A stretch of DNA of 63,992 nucleotides, filler included, from Malassezia furfur (GCA_052055015.1; 23 parts of 23 records of this genome joined end to end with filler, not necessarily neighbours in it), one strand, 5' to 3'; shown: positions 46,455 through 59,416, counted from the first letter of the whole stretch. Numbers and translations are program-made. The notes: generated from the sequence alone by a model not told the origin.

Positions 46455-48223
46455 ATGTCCGGCAAACGGTCCGACGCGCTGGGCGAGCGCAGCGCCAAGA
46501 AGTCGGTGCAGACGATGACGCTGATGGACATTATTGAGCGAGTGCCGCCGAGCATGATGCAGCTGCTGGTGGCGATGGGCCCCGCCATCGACGCCGTGCA
46601 CGCTTTCCTCGTGATTGCGACCTGGCGCGGGGGCTACCGGCAGCGGGTGCAGTCGTGGCTGCTGCTGCTCGGCTACATCCTGACGTGCTTGTACGGCTAT
46701 GAGGTGCTGCGGTACGCGCCGCAGGTCGTGATCCTCGCGTACATCGGCTACCTCTCGCTGCGCGGCTCCTTCAGCCGCGTCGCCGGCCATGCGCACTGGT
46801 TGAGCGTCCGGGGAACGTGNNNNNNNNNNCGGCCATGCGCGGTCGACCGACGACGGCGCGACGAACCGCAAGATCAAGCGGGCGATCGCGCAGCTGTGCG
46901 ACATCTCCGACTTTGTCGCGGCGGTGTGCGAGACGCTCATCTACCCGCTCCACGCGCTCTTCCAGGCGCAGGTGCACGGCGTCGGCACGCACCACCTCGT
47001 CGTCTTCCTGCTGGCGTCGTGGCCCATCTGGCTGCTCGTGATGCTCCCCCCGAGCCAGTGGCTCCTGCCGTACTACTACGTGCATACCACGCTCGGGCAC
47101 CTTGCGCGCAGCGCGCCGGTCGCCGCCGTGCACCACTACGTCGCGACGCGTGCGGCGCCGCACGCCGCGGCCTTTGTCGCGTCGCATGCGCCGCGCCTCT
47201 ACGACACGGGCGCCAAGACCGGCGCCGCGCTCTCGCAGCACGTCGTGCCGCACGCGTGTGCGCTTGTGCGCGCGCTCCACGTGCGCCAGTGGCCGCTGGC
47301 GCTGCAGGTCTTCCCGCCGTTCCCGATCGCCGCACTGAGCGTGCGCCATGTGCTGCTGGCCGTCGGGTGCGTGGCGCTGACGTGGTGCTCGCCGTGGGCG
47401 ACGCTGCTGCGCGCCGCGCTGTGGCGCAGCGCGCTCGTGCGCCGCATCGTGACGAGCGCCGTGCGCGTGCTGAGCGGGAGCGAGAACGTGAGTGCCTTCT
47501 GGCGCTCGGTGGCCCCCAAGCAGCTGCGCGGCGCCTCGACGGCGCTCGTGCAGGACACGCGCCACGCCGCGACGCACGAGACCGTGTTCCAGTTCGAGAT
47601 CTACGAGAACCAGCGGTGGTGGATCGGGCTCGACTGGACCGCCGCGCTGCTCCCCAACGAGCGGCCGAGCTGGTCCGACGGCGACAACAACGCCGTGGCG
47701 CCCCCGTCGTCGTTCACGCTGCCCGCGACGACGCGCACTCGCGTGCCGTCGTCCGCGAAGCCGGGGCGCGACGACGTGCGCACCGCCGAGTGGCACTGGG
47801 TCGACCTCGAGTGGCGCGTCGCCGGCGCGCAGTCGATCACCTCGACCGTGTACACGCCGGCGTCGGCGATGCCCGCGTCCGAGGCGCAGCGGCTCAGCAC
47901 GCGCTTCGTGGAGGAGAAGCACGTCGACGACGCCGGCGCCGTGCTGGACGCGACCGACCGGCTGAAGGCCGCGACGGACGCCGCGTCCAAGGGGCCTGCG
48001 CCCGACAAGCAGGAGGCCGCGGCGCTCCAGGGCGCGGAGCAGGAGCTGCCCGAGGAGCTTGCGTCGGTCGCGCGCCCGGCGCCGCTCGCGTCGAACGCGA
48101 CCGACGTCGACCCGGAGGGCTGGCAGTACGGCGGCAATTCGTGGGAAAAGCTGAACCGCGTGAACGGGATCGGCAAGTACACGCGCCGCCGGTGCTGGGT
48201 GCGCCGCGCGGTGCTCGTCATCA
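46455..48223 (+). CDS. Pex23/Pex30-family peroxin (reticulon-like plus dysferlin domain), 3'-partial, with internal N gap
   Basis: LTWCSPWA...R; FEIYENQRWWIGLDWTAALLPNERPSWSD; EWHWVDLEW; DPEGWQY; KYTRRRCWVR. Confidence 0.88.
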
Positions 48224-48323
48224 NNNNNNNNNNNNNNNNNNNNNNNNNNNNNNNNNNNNNNNNNNNNTTAATTAATTAANNNNNNNNNNNNNNNNNNNNN
48301 NNNNNNNNNNNNNNNNNNNNNNN

Positions 48324-51018
48324 CCGATTTCCCTGCTACGGAGAACGGGAAGTTTTCGTTTAAGAACCGTGTCGTGGTCGTCACCGGTGCTGGTGGTGGC
48401 CTCGGCAAGGCGTACGCGCTCTTCTTCGCGAAGCGCGGCGCCAAGGTGCTGGTCAACGACCTGGGCCCGGCGCCGAACGACAAGAACAAGAAGGCGGCCG
48501 ACGTCGTCGTGGAGGAGATCACCAAGAACGGCGGCGAGGCGATGGCCAACTACGACTCGAACACCGAGGGTGAGAAGATCATCAAGCAGGTGATCGACAA
48601 GTGGGGCCGCATCGACGTACGTGTGTGCGCAGCTGACGCAGGTCTTGATCAACAACGCGGGCATCCTGCGTGACAAGTCGTTCAAGTCGATGACCGACAA
48701 GGAGTGGGACGCCGTGCAGGCCGTGCACGTGTTTGGCTCGTTTGCGTGTGCGCGCGCGGCGTGGCCCTACTTCCGGAAGCAGAAGTACGGCCGGATCATC
48801 AACACGTCGTCGGCGGCCGGCCTGTACGGCAACTTTGGCCAGGCGAACTACAGCAGCGCGAAGCTTGCGCTCGTGGCCTTCTCCAAGACGCTTGCGATCG
48901 AGGGCGAAAAGTACAACATCCTCACGAACGCGATTGCGCCCGTCGCCGCGTCCAAGATGACCGAGACGGTGATGCCGCCCGAGATGCTCGAGAACCTCAA
49001 GCCCGAGTTTGTGGTGGACCTGGTCGCGTACCTCGTCTCGGCGCAGAACGAGCACGTCACCGGCGAGGTGTTTGAGTGCGGTGCGGGCTTCTACGCGATG
49101 CTGCGCCGCGAGCGCTCGCACGGCCATGTGTTCCGCACGGACGACACCTTTACGCCGGCGGCGGTGCGCGAGAAGATCGACGAGATCCTCGACTTTGAGG
49201 AGAACCCCGAGTACCCCAAGCGCATCACGGACGCCAACTACCTCGAGCTGCTCGAGCGCGCGAAGAGTGCGCCGGAGAATGCGCAGGGCGACGCGCCGGT
49301 GAGCTACAAGGACCAGACGGTGCTCATCACGGGTGCCGGCGCGGGTCTCGGCAAGGCGTACGCGGTGCTGTTTGGCCGCCTGGGCGCCAATGTCGTGGTG
49401 AACGACTTTAGCGAGAAGAACGCGAACGCGGTCGTGGACGAGATCAAGAAGAACGGCGGCAAGGCCGTCGCGAGCATCGGCTCCGTCGAGGACGGCGACA
49501 AGCTCGTGAAGGACGCGATGGACGCGTTCGGCAGCCTGCACGTCGTGGTGAACAACGCGGGCATCCTGCGCGACAAGTCGTTTGCCGGCGCGACGGCCGA
49601 GGACTGGAACGCGGTGCAGAACGTGCACCTGCGCGGCACGTACAAGGTGTGCAAGGCGGCGTGGCCCATCTTCCAGCAGCAGAAGTACGGGCGGATCATC
49701 AACACGACGTCGGCGGTCGGCATCTACGGCAACTTTGGCCAGGCGAACTACTCGACGGCGAAGTCGGGCATTCTGGGCCTCACGCAGACGCTCGGCGTCG
49801 AGGGCGCCAAGTACAACATCCTGGCGAACACCATCGCGCCGAACGCCGGCACGGCGATGACCTCGACGATCTGGCCGCAGGAGATGGTCGACGCGTTCAA
49901 GCCGGAGTACGTCGCGCCGGTGGTGGCCTACCTCGGCAGCAAGGACAACACCGAGGTGACGCGCGCGCTGTTCGAGGTGTCGGGCGGCTGGGTAGCCGCC
50001 GTGCGCTGGGAGCGTGCGGGCGGCAAGGCGTTCAAGGGCAAGGACATTGGCCCGGAGAAGATCGCCAAGAACTGGGCCAAGATCACCGACTTTGACCCCG
50101 AGCGTGCATCGTGGCCGACGTCGCCGAGCGAGTCGCTGGGCGACATTGTGGCCAACTTTGGCGCCGAGGGCGACGACGAGGACGACGACGACGCGGGCGC
50201 CGACGGCGAGAGCTTCGACGACCCCGAGGACCCGCAGCTCGTGAAGGACGCCAAGGCGCAGAAGGCCGAGGCGACCGAGTTCTCGTACGGCGAGCGCGAC
50301 GTGATCCTGTACAACCTCTCGGTCGGCGCCACCGAGAAGCAGCTCGACTTTGTGTACGAGCAGGCGGAGAACTTCCAGGCGCTGCCGACGTGGGGTGTCA
50401 TCCCGCAGTTCAGCGCGGGCACGAACCTGAGCCTCGACTTCCTGCCCAACTTTAGCCCGATGATGCTGCTGCACGGCGAGCAGTACCTCGCGATCAAGGG
50501 CCCGGTCCCGACCGAGGGCGTCGTGGTGAACCAGCCGCAGCTCATCGAGGTGCTCGACAAGGGCAAGGCGGCCGCGGTCACGACGCGCACGCTCACCACG
50601 AACAAGGAGACGGGCGAGGTGATCTACGAGAACCAGAGCACGCTCTTTATCCGTGGCTCGGGCGGCTTTGGCGGCAAGAAGACGGGCCGCGACCGCGGTG
50701 CGGCGACGGCGGCGAACGCGCCGCCGGAGCGCAAGGCCGACAAGGTGATCCGCGAAAAGACGACCGAGTCGCAGGCCGCGCTGTACCGCCTGAACGGCGA
50801 CTACAACCCGCTGCACATTGACCCGTCGTTTGCCAAGGTGGGCGGCTTCGACACGCCGATCCTGCACGGCCTGTGCTCGTTCGGTATCTCGGGCAAGCAC
50901 GTGTACGAGACGTTTGGCGCGTACAAGGACATCAAGGTGCGCTTCACCGGCCACGTGTTCCCCGGCGAGACGCTCGAGACGAGCATGTGGAAGGAGGGCA
51001 ACAAGGTGATCTTTGTCA
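48324..51018 (+). CDS. FOX2: Peroxisomal multifunctional beta-oxidation enzyme (two SDR domains plus hydratase 2), partial
   Basis: Two TGAGxGLG / NNAGILRD / [10 protein letters not shown] domains; [28 protein letters not shown]; 25-nt intron 48617-48641. Confidence 0.97.
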
Positions 51019-51118
51019 NNNNNNNNNNNNNNNNNNNNNNNNNNNNNNNNNNNNNNNNNNNNTTAATTAATTAANNNNNNNNNNNNNNNNNNNNNNNNNN
51101 NNNNNNNNNNNNNNNNNN

Positions 51119-52027
51119 GTCGCGGCGCCTGGCGCTGCGCCCGCCGAGCCGGCTGCGCCCCCCCGGCCGCTCCAAACCGTGCACGCGCTCCACCCCGCAG
51201 ACGTCGACGCACCGCTGCACGCCGCGCGGCTGCCCGACGAGGTGTGGATGAGCATCTTTCTGCACGCGCTCGCACCGACGCCCGCGCCGCCGCCCGCGCC
51301 GCGTGTCCAGGAGCACACAGTGTACCGCGCGCCGGCGCACCCCTGGCGCGCGTGGACGGGCGCCGACTACGTGACGCTCGAGGCGTGCGCGCGGGTGTGC
51401 TGGAAGTTTCGGCTGCTCACCGCGCACCCCCAGCTGTGGCGTGCGGTGGCCTACGCGACGTATGTCCCGCCGCAGATCCCGGCGACGCTGCCGCTTGCGG
51501 CGCTGCGCGAGCTGCGGCAGCAGAGCTGGCGCGACCTGTTCGTGTACGAGCCGCGCGTGCGGCAGCACGGCGCATACATCGCGAGCTGCACCTACACGCA
51601 GCAGGGCCTGAGCGAGGAGAACGTGTGGGTGCGTGTGCTGCACGTCGTGCAGTTCTACCGCTACCTGCGCTTCTTCCCCAACGGGCGGTGCCTGAGCTGG
51701 CTGACGACCGACGCGCCGCGCGACACGGTGCACCAGCTCGTGCCCGGCATGCGCGCCAAGGGCCTCGCGGCGGGGCGCTGGCACCTGCTGACCGACGCGC
51801 CGCACGGCACGGGCACGGTGGTCGTCGAGGACCTGCACGACCCGACCGTGCCGCACTACCGCTTCCAGATGACGCTGCACCTCGTGCGTGCGCCGGGGCG
51901 GTGGCACCGGCTTGAGCTGATCGAGCACGCGTCGCTCAACCTGCACACCGGCGAGGTGCTGCCGTTCCCGCGGCAGAAGCACCAGCGCCCGTTCTTCTTT
52001 TCGCGCGTGCGCGGCTATGGCGTGTAG
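51119..52027 (+). CDS. HRT3: F-box protein Hrt3/FBXO9-like, 5'-partial
   Basis: F-box RLPDEVWMSIF; PRVRQHGAYIASCTY; VQFYRYLRFFPNG; PFFFSRV. Confidence 0.85.
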   Translation, partial: VAAPGAAPAEPAAPPRPLQTVHALHPADVDAPLHAARLPDEVWMSIFLHALAPTPAPPPAPRVQEHTVYRAPAHPWRAWTGADYVTLEACARVCWKFRLLTAHPQLWRAVAYATYVPPQIPATLPLAALRELRQQSWRDLFVYEPRVRQHGAYIASCTYTQQGLSEENVWVRVLHVVQFYRYLRFFPNGRCLSWLTTDAPRDTVHQLVPGMRAKGLAAGRWHLLTDAPHGTGTVVVEDLHDPTVPHYRFQMTLHLVRAPGRWHRLELIEHASLNLHTGEVLPFPRQKHQRPFFFSRVRGYGV

Positions 52028-52079
52028 GGATTGTACATAGGGGGGTGGTGGCCAGTGGCACGCGCCGCGCCGCCGCCGC

Positions 52080-53788
52080 TCACGCATACTTGGCACACCG
52101 CTTGAGCAGCTCGGCGGCGCTCAGGTCGGGCGCCGCGGCGACGAGCACGCGGTCGGCGAGCGCGGGCTCCATGTCTTCGAGCACGACCCAGAACTCGTCC
52201 TGGCGCTCGAGCAGGTGCGCCACGACGCGGTTCGCGAGGAGCGCCTCGTGCCGCGTCGGCTCGCTGCGCGTGTACAGCAGGTTGGGGCACATGACCGTCG
52301 CGAGGTTCGGCAGGTCCATGCGGCTGCCCGTCTCCTCGTCGACGTGCGAGAAGCTCGCGACCCATTTGAGGAAGACAAACAACACCTCCATCGTGTCGCG
52401 GTGCGCCTTGGGCAGCAGCAGCGTGACGAGCTGCAGCAGGCGGTGGCGCTCGGCGTCGTCCACGTCGCACTGCTCGCACGCGAGGTAGAGGCGGTGCAGG
52501 CGCGCGGTGAGCAGCGCGTCGGGCAGCTCGCGGAAGAAGCGCTTCAGCAGCGCCGCGAGCTGCACGGGGTTGTCCTCGAGCAGGTTCACGCTGTCCTGCT
52601 CGCGGTCGACCGCCTCGGCGAGCTCCTTGAGCCGCCGCACGTTGCCGTTCTTGCGGAAGATGCCCTCCACCGACACGTCCATCTGCCGCATCGCACTCAC
52701 CACGTCGTCCACAAACGACGGGATCCGCATCGGCGTCGGCGTCGCGCCCAGCGTCGAGTCCGCGCCGTTGCGCTCGACGAGCAGCTCGAGCGACACGCCA
52801 AACACGCCCTTCTTGCGCACGTCGCGCCGCTCCTTGCCGCCCTTGAACAGCAGCCGGTTCCAGAACGTGTTGCGCCGCGCGTCCACCAGCTCCAGCACGT
52901 GCTCGCTCGTGACCAGCTCCGCGAGCGGCGACTGCTGCAGCCGCGCCAGCGCGACGTGCTTCAGCACATACAGCTCCTCGGGCGCCAGCGACGAGTAGGT
53001 GCGCCGCTCGCGCAGCTCCGTGGCGCCCTCGCCGCCCAGCTGCTCGCGGTCCTGCTCCGCCTGCAGGATCAGCGGGATGTCGGCGAGCGTGATGCCCTCC
53101 TCCGAGGGCAGGTGCGTCCCGAGCTCCGTCGGCGCACGCTCGTCGTCCGCCTCCTGCGACACGCGGCTCCGCACCGACACGATCGCCGCACTCGACGCCT
53201 CCGCGTCCCACGGGTTCAACAGCGGCACGTCGTGCTCCGCATCCGCCTCCGTCGCGTCGCCCGCCACCACACTCACGTCCGCGACGCGCGCGCGGCCCGC
53301 CGACACACTCCCGGGCACCGGCGACCGTTCGCTCCGCGGCACCGGCGAGCGGTCCCCGGCGTCGCTCGTCGCGGGCGTCGCACGGCTCGGCGTGCCGCTC
53401 CCGAGCACCGCCGAGTACCGCGGCACACGCGCCGTCGTCGACAGGTGCTGGTCGAGGTACAGCGTCTCGAGCCGCTTCACCTCGTGCGACTTGCGGTACG
53501 TGCTCGACTCGGCCGACGTCTGCTCCGCGCCCAGCTCGCTCGTGTGCGCGTCGAGCGCCCCGCCCCGCGCGGCGCCGTCGGCTTCCGCGGCGAGCAGCGA
53601 CGCGTGCTTCTTGTGCAGCAGCGTGCGCAGCCGGTTCAGCGCCACACACAGCAGGAACGCGTACTGCTCCAGGCGCGACACGGGCACGAACGAGCCGCCG
53701 CTCGCGTCGGGCGCACACTCGGCGCACACGACGCGCAGCGGCGCACCGCCCGACCCGCCGCGGCACCGCATTGCCTGCAGCGGCACGG
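52080..53788 (-). CDS. LRG1: Rho GTPase-activating protein, Lrg1/Rga1-like, 5'-partial
   Basis: VSRLEQYAFLL, ITLADIP, GVFGVSL, EGIFRKNGN, VQLAALLK, MDLPNLATV. Confidence 0.85.
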
Positions 53789-53888
53789 NNNNNNNNNNNN
53801 NNNNNNNNNNNNNNNNNNNNNNNNNNNNNNNNTTAATTAATTAANNNNNNNNNNNNNNNNNNNNNNNNNNNNNNNNNNNNNNNNNNNN

Positions 53889-56552
53889 GGGCCGGGCGAC
53901 GAGACGTGGGCGGCGCTCCCGACGCTGCCCGACGCCACGTCGGTGCCCCGCGCCGAGTCGGCGCCTGCGCACCTGCGCGACGCCGCACGCACCGTGCGCA
54001 GTCTGCACGCGCGCAACGCATCGCATCTGTTCCCGCGCGTGCACGCGACGCACCTCGCGACGGCCGTGCGCGAGCTCGGCACGGACATCCTCGAGTCTGC
54101 CGACGCGCTTGCCGCACAGACGCCTGCGCTCGCGACCGAGGCCAATGCCAAGCAGATCAAGAGCCTCGCGGCGCAGAAACGCCGTGCGTTCGCCGACCTG
54201 CTCAAGGAGCTGCGCCGTCTCGGCCTGTCGCCGCACGTGTCTGTCGAGCGCCTCGCGGCGCTGCGCGACGCCGTGCGCATGTACGGTGCGCCGGCGCTGC
54301 CGCCCAGCGACTCTCTGGCGACCGACGCCATCGAGGGCTATACGGCCGCGCTCTTGGCGCAGCTCACGCGCGTGCGTGCGGCCGTGCATGCGCCGCAGGG
54401 CGACGCAAGCCCCGCAGACTTGCAGCGTGCGCTTGGCTCGATCGAGCATGGCGCCGAAGTGGCGGCACGCGTAAGGACGCGCCTCGCGACAGCGGCGGCG
54501 CACGTCGCGGCGGCCGAGGCGGTGTGCGCGCGTCTCGCGACGCTGCACGCCGCACGCACCGTAGTGCCCGTCGAGGGGCCGGACGCGTGGGCCACCCATG
54601 CCCATGCCGTACGGGTGGCTGCCGACGTGCTCGCCGATGTGCGCGCCAAGGCACCGGCCGTCGCACAGGCGTCGCCGATCCCCGGCGACGCGTCGTGCGT
54701 GTCGCTCGCGCCGCTCCTCACCGAGGCGGCGCCGCTGGCGACGCGCCTTGCGGCGGTCGCCGACGCCGTACGCAGCACCGGCCTCAATATGTGCACGGAC
54801 GAGGAAGCGACCCTGCTCGAGACGAGTGCGGCGCTCGTGCGTGCGTGTGGCGCGGCGCTGGCGTCGCTCGAGAGCGAGGCGCCCGCACTGGCGGCGCTAA
54901 CGGCGCCGGCCCAGGCGTACCTCGCGACGCTGGCGCTCCCGGCGGCGCCCGGTGCGACGCCGGCGCCCGCCGAGGCCAGCGACGTCGACGACGTGTGCAA
55001 TGCCGTGCTGGTCGTTGCCCAAGAGCTGCATGCGCTCCCGCCGCCGCCTGCCGAGCTCGTCGACCGTGTTTTGGTCGACGAAATGGCGCGGCTTGCGGAC
55101 GTCGAGCGCGTGCTGCGACCTGCGCACATGCTCGCGCGCTTCCGGACGGTGCCAGACACGCATGTGTGTGTGCAGGCTGCCTATCCGTTTGTGGCCGCGT
55201 ACACACGCTGGGTGTTTGCGCATGCGCATCACCTCTCGCAGCTGTATCGTGCGCTGGCGCGTCTCGAGCTCGTTCTGTGTACGATCGTGACGACGCTCGC
55301 CACCCGTGGCTTCTGCACGCCGCCCGAAGAGGACGAGCAGAAGAACGAGGCCGACGAAAACGGCGAGCAGCTCGAGGGCGGCACCGGACTGGGCGACGGG
55401 TCGGGTGCAAAGGACATCAGTGACACACTGCAGGACGACGAGCAGATGGAGGAGCTGCAGCAGGAGCCGGGCGCCGAGCCGGACGACGGCGGTGCCGAGG
55501 GCGAGGACCATGCGCGCGAAACTGACCAGCTCGACCATGGCGACGCCCACAGCGTCGACGGCGACCAAGACGACAATGCAGACGACGGCGAGGAGGGCGA
55601 GGAGCAGGACATCGAAGACGAGGTCGGCGATGTCGACCCGCTCGACCCCGACGCCGTCGACGAGAAGATGTGGGGCAACGACGATGCGCCGGAAGAGACA
55701 CAGGGCGAGAGCGAGGCGCAGGGCGGCGCACAGGACGACCGCGAGCATGCCGCCGAGCGTGCCGAGGGCCGTGACGAGAAGGCCGGATCGGACGCACAGC
55801 ACAACGAGGAGGGCGAAGACGCCGAGCCCGAGCACGAGCCCGAGATGCAAGAAATGCCCGAGAAGCAGCAAGGCCTTGGGCGCGAGATGGACGAGGAGGC
55901 CAACGAGCAGGAGATGCAGCTCGATGACCTCGACATGGACGATGGGGAGCAAGACGAGGGGAGCGGGAGCGACGGCGATGACGGCGACGATGGCAAGGAC
56001 GGAGACGACGGCGACGACGGCGACGACCGGCGGAACGCGTCTGGGGACGAGCACGATGCCATGGACGAGATCGAGACGGACCAAAAGGCAGAGCATGGCG
56101 GCGAGGCAGCGCCGGAGACGGACGAGCCTGCCGAGCCTGCCGAGATCAGTGGCGACGCCAAGGAGGGCGAGCCGGACGACGCACAGAGCGAGCGTGGCGA
56201 GGGTGACGAGGAGGATGAGCAAGACGGCGCGGACGCCGACGATGCCGACGCCGAGAACATGGAGACCGAGGCGGACTGGCAGGACGGCGCGGGCGACGAT
56301 GCCAAGGACGAGCGCGAGACCAAGCCGCACGACCCCTTCGACGCGCAGGCCACGGACCGGCCCGAGGGCGAAAACGAGCCGCAGACCGCAGAGGCGCCCG
56401 ACGCCCAGCCCAATGTGCAGCCGCGCCGCGGCGCGCCGCCTCCGCCCCGCACCGAGCAGCGCACGCTGAGCGACCTTGCCGAGATGAACACGGACGCGGA
56501 CGGCGCGGGCGACAATGCCAAGGACGAGCGCGAGACCAAGCCGCACGACCCC
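53889..56552 (+). CDS. MDN1: Midasin (AAA ribosome biogenesis ATPase), linker end plus D/E-rich region, internal fragment
   Basis: KRRAFADLLKEL, LATRGFCTP, GTGLGDGSGAKDIS, DAVDEKMW followed by an acidic tract. Confidence 0.9.
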
Positions 56553-56652
56553 NNNNNNNNNNNNNNNNNNNNNNNNNNNNNNNNNNNNNNNNNNNNTTAA
56601 TTAATTAANNNNNNNNNNNNNNNNNNNNNNNNNNNNNNNNNNNNNNNNNNNN

Positions 56653-57078
56653 GCGGCTGCACGACCGGCATCGGCGGCGCGACGCGCGCCTCGGGCGGCG
56701 GGGGCCCGGCGGGCATCACGATGTCGTCGTCCGAATCGTCGTCGGACGGCGGCCGCGGCGCGGTCGGCAAGGCGATGTCGTCGTCGCTGTCGTCTGCCGC
56801 GGGTGCCTCACTCTTGGCGGGCGGCGCAGTCTTGGCCGGCGCGTCGCTCACTGCGTACGGGTCGGGCGTGGGCGCTGGGTCAGAGACACACGTACACCGC
56901 TCTTTGTACGGCATGCCTGGCGGCGGTGCGCCGTACGGGTTCCATACCGGATCATAGTAGATGCTGCGCTTGACGTTTGCGCCCTTGGGAATCTGCGTAA
57001 GCCTCGGCGACGGACCCTTGGATCGATCGGCGCGTCGCGCGCGCGCGCGCGCGCTTTGCCCGTGCCCGTTGCGGGCAT
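56653..57078 (-). CDS. WW domain-binding protein 11 (Wbp11)-like, 3'-partial
   Basis: RSIYYDPVWNPYGAPPPGMPY; DDIVMPAGPPP; candidate introns of 23 nt (GTCCGT donor) and 21 nt (56875-56895). Confidence 0.6.
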
Positions 57079-57126
57079 CGGTCGGTGCGTCGCGGCGGGT
57101 GGAGGCCTTCTCCACGTGCGTCGTGG

Positions 57127-58611
57127 ATGGACGAGGGCGGAGCGACGGCGGTGCGCACGGCGCTCGCGCGGCTCGATCTCGTGCCGCGCGGCGGCGTGTC
57201 GCGCGCTACGCTGCGGTATGCACACGAGCTGGCGCGCAGCCCGCTCGAAGTGCTTGAGCAGCAGCCGGCGCAGCAGCAGGCCGCGCGGGCGATGCTGCAG
57301 CACCAGCTCGCCGACGTGTGCATGCGGAGCACCGGCGTGTTTGTCGCCGCGCAGGATGCAGTGGAGAGCGTGCCGACGTGTGTGGCGGCGTGTTCCGAGG
57401 CCGCGGACGCTGTCGCGATGCGGCATGCGCCGCGTGTGCGTGCGGCCGCCGACCAACTTGCGGCCACGGCGCCTGCGGCGCTGGCCGAGCGCGCGGCGCG
57501 CGTGCGCGTCGAGGAGGCGTGGGACGCGGGCGTGGGTGCGCTGGTTGCGCTGCCGCGCATGCTGGAGGCGTGTGTTGCGCGGGGCGACGACGACGAGGCG
57601 CTGCGCATTGCGCGGCACCTCCTTGCGACGTGTGCGCCGGACGATGCGGTGCGCCGTGCCTTGCTGCGCGAGGGCGACACGGCGCTGGCGGGGCTACATG
57701 CGCGCGTGCTTGCGGCGCTGTGCGCTCCCCAAGCGCCGCTGCCGCGTGTGCGACGAGCCGTACGGACTCTGGACGAGTTGGCGGACGTCGCCGCGACGCA
57801 CGGCCCGCGGGCCTGGGCGATGCAGCGCGACGCGGTGTGTGCGGCGTTCTTGGCCGCGCGGTACGTAGGCGTGGAGCGTGCGCTGCGCGTGCACGATGTC
57901 GCGCGCAGCGTCGACGCGTGGCACGATGCGGTGCACGCGGCGTGCACGTGTGCACTGTCGCTGTGGGTCGATGCGCCTGGCGTTGCGGCGGGCGGCGGCG
58001 GCGGCAGCGGCGACAGCAGCAGCCCCGACCGTGCGTCAGGTCTTGTGACAGCGGCGTTTGCGGCGCAGAGCGTCGCGGCATTGCGTGTGCACCTTGCCGC
58101 AGTGCTTGCGGCGCTTGTGCGCGATGCCGCTGGTGCGCGCGCGTGGGAGGCGTGCGGCGCGACGCTGGCGGCGGTGCACGCGCGCGTCGTCCGCGTGGGG
58201 ACGAGCTGTGCGGCGCTGGGCGTGCCGCTGGACGGCGTGGCCGAGGTGGTTGTGGCGCAGGCGCCGGCGCTCTTTTCGCATGCGCTCCGCGGGACGGCGC
58301 GGGCGGCGCAGGCGGCCGACGGCGACGACCTGGCATGGGACGCGGTGCGCCGTGGCGTGACCGCTGCGCTGAATGCGCTGCGTGTGTATGCGCCTGAGGC
58401 GGTGGCCGACGAGGTGCGTGCGCGGCTGGATGCGTTCCTTGCGGCAGGGCGCACGCGGTGGGCGGCGCGCGCCGAGGCGTGGGCGTCCTTTGAAGCGCGC
58501 GCGCGTGCGGCGCTCTCGACGATCTATGGGGACGGGGAGGATGTGCGTGCCGGCGCGGCGGACGCCGATGCCCCCCCCGTAGCTACGCGTACTGCTCGAG
58601 GTCGAGCGTGA
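57127..58611 (+). CDS. COG8: Conserved oligomeric Golgi complex subunit 8 (Dor1)-like, divergent
   Basis: LEQQP...LQHQLADVC and LVALPRMLEACVARGDDDEAL resemble the Dor1 LLELP.LM..C...Y.EAL motif. Confidence 0.65.
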   Translation: MDEGGATAVRTALARLDLVPRGGVSRATLRYAHELARSPLEVLEQQPAQQQAARAMLQHQLADVCMRSTGVFVAAQDAVESVPTCVAACSEAADAVAMRHAPRVRAAADQLAATAPAALAERAARVRVEEAWDAGVGALVALPRMLEACVARGDDDEALRIARHLLATCAPDDAVRRALLREGDTALAGLHARVLAALCAPQAPLPRVRRAVRTLDELADVAATHGPRAWAMQRDAVCAAFLAARYVGVERALRVHDVARSVDAWHDAVHAACTCALSLWVDAPGVAAGGGGGSGDSSSPDRASGLVTAAFAAQSVAALRVHLAAVLAALVRDAAGARAWEACGATLAAVHARVVRVGTSCAALGVPLDGVAEVVVAQAPALFSHALRGTARAAQAADGDDLAWDAVRRGVTAALNALRVYAPEAVADEVRARLDAFLAAGRTRWAARAEAWASFEARARAALSTIYGDGEDVRAGAADADAPPVATRTARGRA

Positions 58612-59316
58612 TGCAGGCGCTCGTGTGCCGGTCCTGGTTGCGGTACACGCCGACCAGGGCCTGGCTGCGTTCGTAGAGCGAGGCCTTGAGCGAGATCACG
58701 ATAAACTGCACCTGGTCGTGCGCGTGCTGCCGGATGTAGTCGCTGACGCGTGCGACGTTGTGGGCATCGCTGGGTGAGTCGGGGGTACGTACAGTGCCGC
58801 GTCCACCTCGTCCAGCACAAAGAACGGCGCCGGCTGGAAGGTGTGGATGGCAAACAGGAGCGCCAAGGCGGCCATGGTCTTTTCGCCGCCCGACAGCTGG
58901 TCCATGTCGCGGAAGCGCTTCATGGGCGGCATCGCGTGGTAGCGCAGGCCCGCGACGAACGGTTCGTCGGTGTCCTCGAGGGTGAGGTAGGCGACGCCGC
59001 CCGTGGGCGCCGCCTTGCTTTGCGTGAGCTCCTTGTAGATCGGGTCGATGTGCTGCGCAATGTGCTCGTACGCGCGCATGAAGCGCTCGGCGCGCTGCTG
59101 CTTGACCGCGAAGAAGGCGTCGCGCGCGTCGCGCACCTGCGCGCGCGCGGCGTCCATCTCGCGCTCGCACGCCTGGAGCTCGGTGTGCATCGCGTCGAGG
59201 CGGCTGCCGCCCTGCGCGTGCGGCGCGAGGCGCTCGATTTCCTCGCGCGCGGCGTCGATCTGCGCCTGGAGCGTGCGCTGCATCGCCGAGCCGCGGTCCG
59301 TGCGCTGCGCGTCGGT
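58583..59316 (-). CDS. SMC1: Cohesin ATPase Smc1, C-terminal head
   Basis: AMPPMKRFRDMDQLSGGEKT, PFFVLDEVDAAL|D (23-nt intron 58770-58792), QFIVISLK. Confidence 0.95.
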
Positions 59317-59416
59317 NNNNNNNNNNNNNNNNNNNNNNNNNNNNNNNNNNNNNNNNNNNNTTAATTAATTAANNNNNNNNNNNNNNNNNNNNNNNNNNNN
59401 NNNNNNNNNNNNNNNN

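Noticed and set aside
46796..46840. Apparent frameshift or insertion in the Pex23-family gene
   Set aside because: CGGCCATGCGC appears on both sides of a 10-N scaffold gap. Merging the copies restores the frame, so this is not a pseudogene.
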